Source: an uncultured virus (IMG/VR IMGVR_UViG_2927661242_000003) (Duplodnaviria; Heunggongvirae; Uroviricota; Caudoviricetes). Taken from it: 20,000 nucleotides of DNA. Below the pieces are notes generated by a model, which was not told the origin of the DNA, did not search any database, and saw only the letters and a program-made list of their open reading frames with translations. The stretch's first letter is position 1, and each line of letters begins with the position of its first letter. This document shows positions 14,671-20,000 of this stretch, piece by piece. Position numbers and translations under genes: made by a program. The DNA lies in the IMG/VR virus record IMGVR_UViG_2927661242_000003, one strand, 5' to 3'.

Positions 14671-15884
14671 TGGCAGAACTGGCAAAGCACAAGGGCATTG
14701 AGATACACGGCGGCAATTTGCGCGTCGTGTTCATGTGGCGGCGGATACGCTGCCGTGAGTCCTTGGGCTTGCCCATCACCAAGGCCAACATCAAACACGC
14801 CGCCCTTCTAAGGGCGGCAATTATTCATGAGATCAAAACCGGCCACTTTGATTACGGCCGGCACTTTCCAAACTCGAAGCACGCCACCCACTACAGCAAC
14901 GCCAGAGACGAACGCCTCAGTGCACTCCTTGAGCGATATAAGCCGCTCAAGGCTGTTGATATCACTCCGGAAACCGAAGAGAAGTACGGTTATGCACTTG
15001 ATATATGCACTCACCTGGTGGGCAAGGATCGCCTTGCCGGCACATTGCTGCCTGAAGATATCCAACTGCTCAGGACCCTACTGATCGCAGAGCGGGCACC
15101 ATCGACCGCTAACCATTACCTCGCCACCTTCGCCGGCTTCCTGGGTTGGTGCGAAAGTAATGGATACTGCCGAGAGGGGCTGGCGGCCGCGTGCATTCGC
15201 TTTGCCATGCAAGATCGAGAGCCCGACCCACTGACACAAACCGAGTTCGGCTTGCTCATAACGAAGGGCTGCCTTCATCGTCAGGACTCAGCCGCCGTAA
15301 CTCTGGCTGTGTATACCGGCCTACGCCCCGGCGAGCTATGCGGCCTGGCTGTAGAAGACATAGATCTAGATCAGGGCCAAATAAGGATAACCAGGGCCAT
15401 CACCGCACGAGGTACATTCAAACTGCCCAAGACCGGGAAGCCCCGTACAGTGATGCTGATGCCTCCGGCAATCGAGGCATGCAAGGTGTTAATGGACTTG
15501 GTCAGGGGTGACAAACCGGAGAAGATCAACATCTACCACAACCGGCACGAAAGCCGCACCGTAGACGCAACACCGTTGCTTTCTCCAGCCACCCAGGCGC
15601 GCAAGAAAGTGATCAACAAGTGGTTCGTTCCAACAGCCTGGAATACCAAGTGGGCGGCCATACAGCATCGAGCGCAAATCAGGCCTCGCCGTCCCTACCA
15701 AACCCGACACACTTACGCATGCTGGTGCCTGACTGCACGTGGGAACCTGGCGTTCATCGCAAAACAGATGGGCCACAAAGACTTCACCATGCTGGTCGAG
15801 GTCTATGCCAAGTGGATGGATGATGAATCTCCAAACGAACTTTCAAGAATTTGGAAAGCCTTATTAGCCAGCCGCACTACATAA
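14637..15884 (+). CDS. int: Tyrosine integrase with N-terminal arm-binding (DUF3596-like) domain
   Basis: GIEIHGGNLRVVF...RCRESL; YTGLRPGELCGL; PKT; RPYQTRHTYA; IAKQMGH...VYAKW. GTG start at 14637 or 14670. Confidence 0.95.
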   Translation: MGRERTPRSGLVAELAKHKGIEIHGGNLRVVFMWRRIRCRESLGLPITKANIKHAALLRAAIIHEIKTGHFDYGRHFPNSKHATHYSNARDERLSALLERYKPLKAVDITPETEEKYGYALDICTHLVGKDRLAGTLLPEDIQLLRTLLIAERAPSTANHYLATFAGFLGWCESNGYCREGLAAACIRFAMQDREPDPLTQTEFGLLITKGCLHRQDSAAVTLAVYTGLRPGELCGLAVEDIDLDQGQIRITRAITARGTFKLPKTGKPRTVMLMPPAIEACKVLMDLVRGDKPEKINIYHNRHESRTVDATPLLSPATQARKKVINKWFVPTAWNTKWAAIQHRAQIRPRRPYQTRHTYACWCLTARGNLAFIAKQMGHKDFTMLVEVYAKWMDDESPNELSRIWKALLASRTT

Positions 15885-15892
15885 CATAAAAC

Positions 15893-17230
15893 TTACTCTT
15901 TATCATACTTCTCATGCCTGAGAGCGTTCAGTGCGCTCTGAAACTCCCTCATATCTTCATTCAACTTTTTTATCTGGCCAGTCACTGAATGAAGCTGCTC
16001 ATTTAGTGACGGAGCCTTATCTTCAAAATCAAGCGAGCTTGCACTTCTATTCAAATCAGACAAAGCAGACAGATATATTTCCTGCTCCTTTCTAAGAGAA
16101 GCCCTTTTATTTCGAAGACATCTGATTTGCTCTTTAAAGTAAAGCTCTTCAAGCTCTAAATCACGCTCTGAAAAAAACCTTTCCAAGTCTTTACTTTCAA
16201 GCTGATGACCATTCTCTATGCGCCCATCAGAGCCAACATGATAGTGATGATTAAGGAAAACTGTTCGACCATCCTTTAAAATCTCATCATCCCAAAAGCC
16301 AGCCCGATGAAAGGCATTTTCCAATTCAACAAACTTCTGAAATTTATCATCACTAAAATCAGCTACAGTAACATCTCTAATTTCCTCAACCGCATCTGGC
16401 GACGCCTCTTGCTGTAAGAAATTATTTGCGTACTCAAGGAAGCGATCTGGCTGATACATGTGAAATTGCTGCGAGGTTTTAAACATAAACTCTTCAATCA
16501 ATTCAGGCAGAGGACCAATTGTCTTTCCTGAATGCCTTAGCCACCAATCCTCCTTAACATCTCCGGTGACAAAAATAACTCCACGCCCCACTAATTTTGA
16601 GTAATCCATAAGCTGCATCCAGCCTATATAATCACCATAAGGTACGCACCGCTCCTTTAACCGTTCACCAATTGGTTTACTGTCATCTTTAAAACCTGGT
16701 GGAATTTTATTCTTATACCTTTCAGCCCCATCCGTTATCATCCCTTCCAAGCTTGCATCATCATAAGACGGCCCCACCCGCCCATCGAACAAATCACCAA
16801 GAATCTCCTTAATTTCATCCTCATTAATTCTTCGAGCATGAGCCGCCTGACTTTCCTTCAACTCAGAAACAAGTTTATTGAAAGAATCAATAAAGTCACT
16901 GAGCGTCTCACCAGCGACAAACGGATGTTGCTTCTGGTTCTCGAAACCCGCCCTAAGCTTCTCCAAACTCTTTATAGCATCATCGTAATGCTTAGCTTGA
17001 GCACTTATTACAGAAAGTCTATTTGAGAAATACTCGCCGGCAACTTGATACGAAATCCAAACTCTTTCCCTCATCAATTCAAGTACATTTAAAAACGCAG
17101 AACGAGTTGAATCAGAGTATCGATACAAATCCAACAAAACATTTGCATCCAAAGCAATTATCGCCTCATCCCAAAGACTCTTTATGCTTTTAGAATTGCT
17201 AGAGAACTGACCAGGGAACGCGCTTTTCAT
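15893..17230 (-). CDS. PIN-like domain protein (PIN_8/DUF4935 type) with C-terminal coiled coil; cargo gene
   Basis: IALDANVLLDLYRYS...VWISYQVAGEY...KIPPGFKD...YGDYIGW...VIFVTGDVKEDWW. AT-rich (38-45% GC in sampled lines) and convergent with int. Confidence 0.85.
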   Translation of the reverse strand: MKSAFPGQFSSNSKSIKSLWDEAIIALDANVLLDLYRYSDSTRSAFLNVLELMRERVWISYQVAGEYFSNRLSVISAQAKHYDDAIKSLEKLRAGFENQKQHPFVAGETLSDFIDSFNKLVSELKESQAAHARRINEDEIKEILGDLFDGRVGPSYDDASLEGMITDGAERYKNKIPPGFKDDSKPIGERLKERCVPYGDYIGWMQLMDYSKLVGRGVIFVTGDVKEDWWLRHSGKTIGPLPELIEEFMFKTSQQFHMYQPDRFLEYANNFLQQEASPDAVEEIRDVTVADFSDDKFQKFVELENAFHRAGFWDDEILKDGRTVFLNHHYHVGSDGRIENGHQLESKDLERFFSERDLELEELYFKEQIRCLRNKRASLRKEQEIYLSALSDLNRSASSLDFEDKAPSLNEQLHSVTGQIKKLNEDMREFQSALNALRHEKYDKE

Positions 17231-17371
17231 GAAGATCCTTCGACAAGAGACAACGGCAGTTTCTTGAGTATCGCATTCGAACTCACCTCAAGGAACCCTC
17301 CCCTAGAGATCATGATAGTCTTCAACACAAGCCGACGGCCGTGACTGGCACTCTCCTATCATGCTTAGACG

Positions 17372-17423
17372 CTGCCCCATTTCTGCCCCAGCACAACGAA
17401 TATTTAGAAATAACTCATTGATG
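17372..17423. other. Candidate att arm region (arm-type repeats plus IHF-like site)
   Basis: CTGCCCCA direct repeats at 17372 and 17383. TAACTCATTGATG (17411-17423) is the reverse complement of cATCAAtgagTTA, one mismatch from the IHF consensus WATCAANNNNTTR. Confidence 0.5.
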
Positions 17424-20000
17424 AATAAAGCAATTTCTGATCTGTCCTCCCACACGCCGATGATGCAGCAGTACTGGCGCCTCAAGAACCAGCACCCTGA
17501 TCAGTTGATGTTCTACCGCATGGGCGACTTCTACGAGATCTTCTATGAAGACGCGAAGAAGGCCGCCAAGCTGCTGGACATCACCCTGACGGCGCGCGGG
17601 CAGTCGGCCGGCCAGGCGATTCCCATGTGCGGTATTCCTTACCACGCCGCCGAGGGCTACCTGGCCAAGCTGGTAAAGCTCGGCGAGTCGGTGGTGATCT
17701 GCGAACAGGTGGGGGACCCGGCAACCAGCAAGGGCCCGGTGGAGCGCCAGGTGGTGCGTATCATCACGCCAGGCACCGTGAGTGACGAGGCTCTGCTGGA
17801 TGAGCGCCGCGACAACCTGATCGCCGCCGTGCTGGGCGACGAGCGCCTGTTCGGCCTGGCGGTGCTGGACATCACCAGCGGCAACTTCAGCGTCCTGGAA
17901 ATCAAGGGCTGGGAGAACCTGCTGGCCGAGTTGGAACGCATCAATCCAGTGGAGCTGCTGATCCCCGATGACTGGCCACAAGGCTTGCCGGCGGAAAAAC
18001 GCCGCGGTGTGCGACGCCGTGCCCCCTGGGATTTCGAGCGGGACTCGGCGCACAAGAGCCTCTGCCAGCAGTTCTCTACCCAGGACCTCAAGGGCTTTGG
18101 CTGCGAAACCCTGACCCTGGCCATCGGCGCCGCCGGTTGCCTGCTCAGCTATGCCAAGGAAACCCAGCGTACCGCCCTGCCCCACCTGCGCAGCCTGCGT
18201 CATGAGCGCCTGGATGACACCGTGGTGTTGGACGGTGCCAGCCGTCGCAACCTGGAACTGGACACCAACCTGGCGGGCGGGCGCGACAACACCCTGCAAT
18301 CGGTGGTCGACCGCTGCCAGACCGCCATGGGCAGCCGTTTGCTGACCCGCTGGCTGAACCGCCCGCTGCGCGACCTCAAGGTGCTGGAAGCGCGCCAGTC
18401 CTCTATTACTTGCCTGCTGGACGGCTACCGTTTCGAACGGCTGCAACCGCAGTTGAAGGAAATCGGCGATATCGAGCGGATTCTGGCGCGAATCGGCCTG
18501 CGCAATGCTCGTCCGCGGGACTTGGCCCGTCTACGTGATGCCCTGGCTGCACTGCCCGAGCTGCAAGAAGCCATGACCGAGCTGGAGGCCACTCACCTCA
18601 ATCAGCTGGCTGCCACCACCAGCACCTACCCGGAGCTGGCCGCTCTGCTGGCCAAGGCCATCATCGACAACCCGCCGGCGGTGATCCGTGACGGCGGTGT
18701 ACTCAAGACCGGCTACGACGCCGAGCTCGACGAGCTGCAGTCGCTGAGCGAGAACGCCGGACAGTTCCTGATTGACCTGGAAGCCCGCGAGAAAGCCCGT
18801 ACCGGCCTGGCCAACCTCAAGGTCGGCTACAACCGTATCCATGGCTATTTCATCGAGCTGCCAAGCAAGCAGGCCGAACAGGCCCCGGCGGACTACATTC
18901 GCCGCCAGACATTGAAAGGCGCCGAGCGCTTCATCACTCCGGAACTCAAGGAGTTCGAAGACAAGGCGCTATCGGCCAAGAGCCGTGCCCTGGCCCGGGA
19001 GAAGATGCTCTACGACGCGCTGCTGGAAACCCTGATCAGCCATTTGCCGCCGTTGCAGGATACCGCTGGTGCCCTGGCTGAGCTGGACGTGTTGAGCAAC
19101 CTGGCCGAGCGCGCCTTGAACCTGGACCTCAACTGCCCACGTTTTGTCAGCGAACCTTGCATGCGCATCACCCAGGGTCGTCACCCAGTGGTGGAGCAAG
19201 TGTTGACCACGCCTTTCGTGGCCAACGACCTGAGCCTGGACGACAACACGCGGATGCTGGTGATCACCGGTCCGAACATGGGCGGTAAATCCACCTATAT
19301 GCGCCAGACGGCCCTGATCGTGCTGCTGGCCCATATCGGCAGCTTCGTCCCGGCGGCTAGCTGCGAGCTGTCCCTGGTGGACCGGATCTTCACCCGTATC
19401 GGCTCCAGCGACGACCTGGCCGGCGGCCGTTCGACCTTCATGGTGGAAATGAGCGAAACCGCGAACATCCTGCACAACGCAACGGAACGCAGCCTGGTGC
19501 TGATGGACGAAGTGGGACGCGGTACCAGCACCTTTGACGGACTTTCCCTGGCCTGGGCTGCGGCAGAACGTCTCGCCCACCTGCGCGCCTATACCCTGTT
19601 CGCCACCCACTATTTCGAACTGACGGTACTGCCGGAAAGCGAGCCGCTGGTGGCCAACGTGCACCTCAATGCCACCGAGCACAATGAGCGCATTGTGTTC
19701 CTGCACCATGTCCTTCCAGGCCCAGCCAGCCAGAGCTATGGGCTGGCGGTAGCCCAGCTGGCCGGGGTTCCCAGCGCAGTCATCACCCGCGCCCGGGAGC
19801 ACTTGAGCCGCCTGGAAACCACCAGTTTGCCCCATGAAGTGGCGCCTCAAGCGCCGGGCAAACCCTCGGTTCCGCAACAAAGCGACATGTTCGCCAGCCT
19901 GCCGCACCCGGTGCTCGACGACCTGGCCAAGCTGGATCTGGATGACATGACGCCACGCCGAGCGCTGGAAATGCTCTATACATTGAAGACACGCATCTAA
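17421..20000 (+). CDS. mutS: DNA mismatch repair protein MutS
   Basis: [49 protein letters not shown] and FATHYFELT motifs. 859 aa from ATG 17421 to TAA at 20000. Confidence 0.99.
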   Translation: MNKAISDLSSHTPMMQQYWRLKNQHPDQLMFYRMGDFYEIFYEDAKKAAKLLDITLTARGQSAGQAIPMCGIPYHAAEGYLAKLVKLGESVVICEQVGDPATSKGPVERQVVRIITPGTVSDEALLDERRDNLIAAVLGDERLFGLAVLDITSGNFSVLEIKGWENLLAELERINPVELLIPDDWPQGLPAEKRRGVRRRAPWDFERDSAHKSLCQQFSTQDLKGFGCETLTLAIGAAGCLLSYAKETQRTALPHLRSLRHERLDDTVVLDGASRRNLELDTNLAGGRDNTLQSVVDRCQTAMGSRLLTRWLNRPLRDLKVLEARQSSITCLLDGYRFERLQPQLKEIGDIERILARIGLRNARPRDLARLRDALAALPELQEAMTELEATHLNQLAATTSTYPELAALLAKAIIDNPPAVIRDGGVLKTGYDAELDELQSLSENAGQFLIDLEAREKARTGLANLKVGYNRIHGYFIELPSKQAEQAPADYIRRQTLKGAERFITPELKEFEDKALSAKSRALAREKMLYDALLETLISHLPPLQDTAGALAELDVLSNLAERALNLDLNCPRFVSEPCMRITQGRHPVVEQVLTTPFVANDLSLDDNTRMLVITGPNMGGKSTYMRQTALIVLLAHIGSFVPAASCELSLVDRIFTRIGSSDDLAGGRSTFMVEMSETANILHNATERSLVLMDEVGRGTSTFDGLSLAWAAAERLAHLRAYTLFATHYFELTVLPESEPLVANVHLNATEHNERIVFLHHVLPGPASQSYGLAVAQLAGVPSAVITRAREHLSRLETTSLPHEVAPQAPGKPSVPQQSDMFASLPHPVLDDLAKLDLDDMTPRRALEMLYTLKTRI

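Larger units (their letters stand above)
1..17420. mobile_element. Lambdoid temperate prophage (partial; continues left of the window), inserted at the 5' side of mutS
   Basis: Contiguous terminase, cos, holin, replication, cI/cro switch, early genes, xis and int, ending just before housekeeping mutS. The right boundary is approximate because the partner att is outside the window. Confidence 0.93.

Noticed and set aside
15406..15417. 12-nt match CACGAGGTACAT in int, complementary to hairpin 7192-7203
   Set aside because: A 12-mer match between a ~260-nt query and ~8 kb of target has roughly a 10% chance expectation, and it is mid-gene. Not counted as a target without conservation data.
17361..17420. 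20-aa N-terminal extension of MutS in the ORF track
   Set aside because: It runs through the arm-like repeats. Pseudomonas MutS proteins begin just before [12 protein letters not shown], so 17421 is preferred.
17415..19907. Minus-strand ORFs of 343 and 312 aa
   Set aside because: Antisense shadows of mutS.

Overview
Pseudomonas (fluorescens/protegens-like by MutS sequence) chromosomal window. Bases 1 to about 17,420 are one end of a lambdoid temperate prophage inserted immediately 5' of an intact mutS (17421-20000). On the minus strand are GpA/Nu1-type terminase genes, a lambda-like cos site, a lone holin, a late leader and terminator, a putative late regulator, an iteron origin, a Prim-Pol/SF3 helicase, a TraR-like zinc finger, a CII-like gene and cro. 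On the plus strand are cI and an early operon: dNMP kinase, KilAC-type protein, PrtN-like, YfdP/YfdQ-like, C5 methyltransferase, xis and int. A convergent AT-rich PIN-domain cargo gene lies between int and the presumed att. The most unusual signal is non-coding: a six-hairpin array between cII and cro (7085-7336). Its repeated motifs (TGGTGAGAGG, GTGCTGTG/ATGTGCTG) are exact reverse complements of motifs at four translation starts of the other early operon, and a plus-strand promoter candidate lies right at its start. This suggests a multi-target antisense or RNA-motif regulatory system. All family assignments come from motif recognition by eye; no database searches were run.
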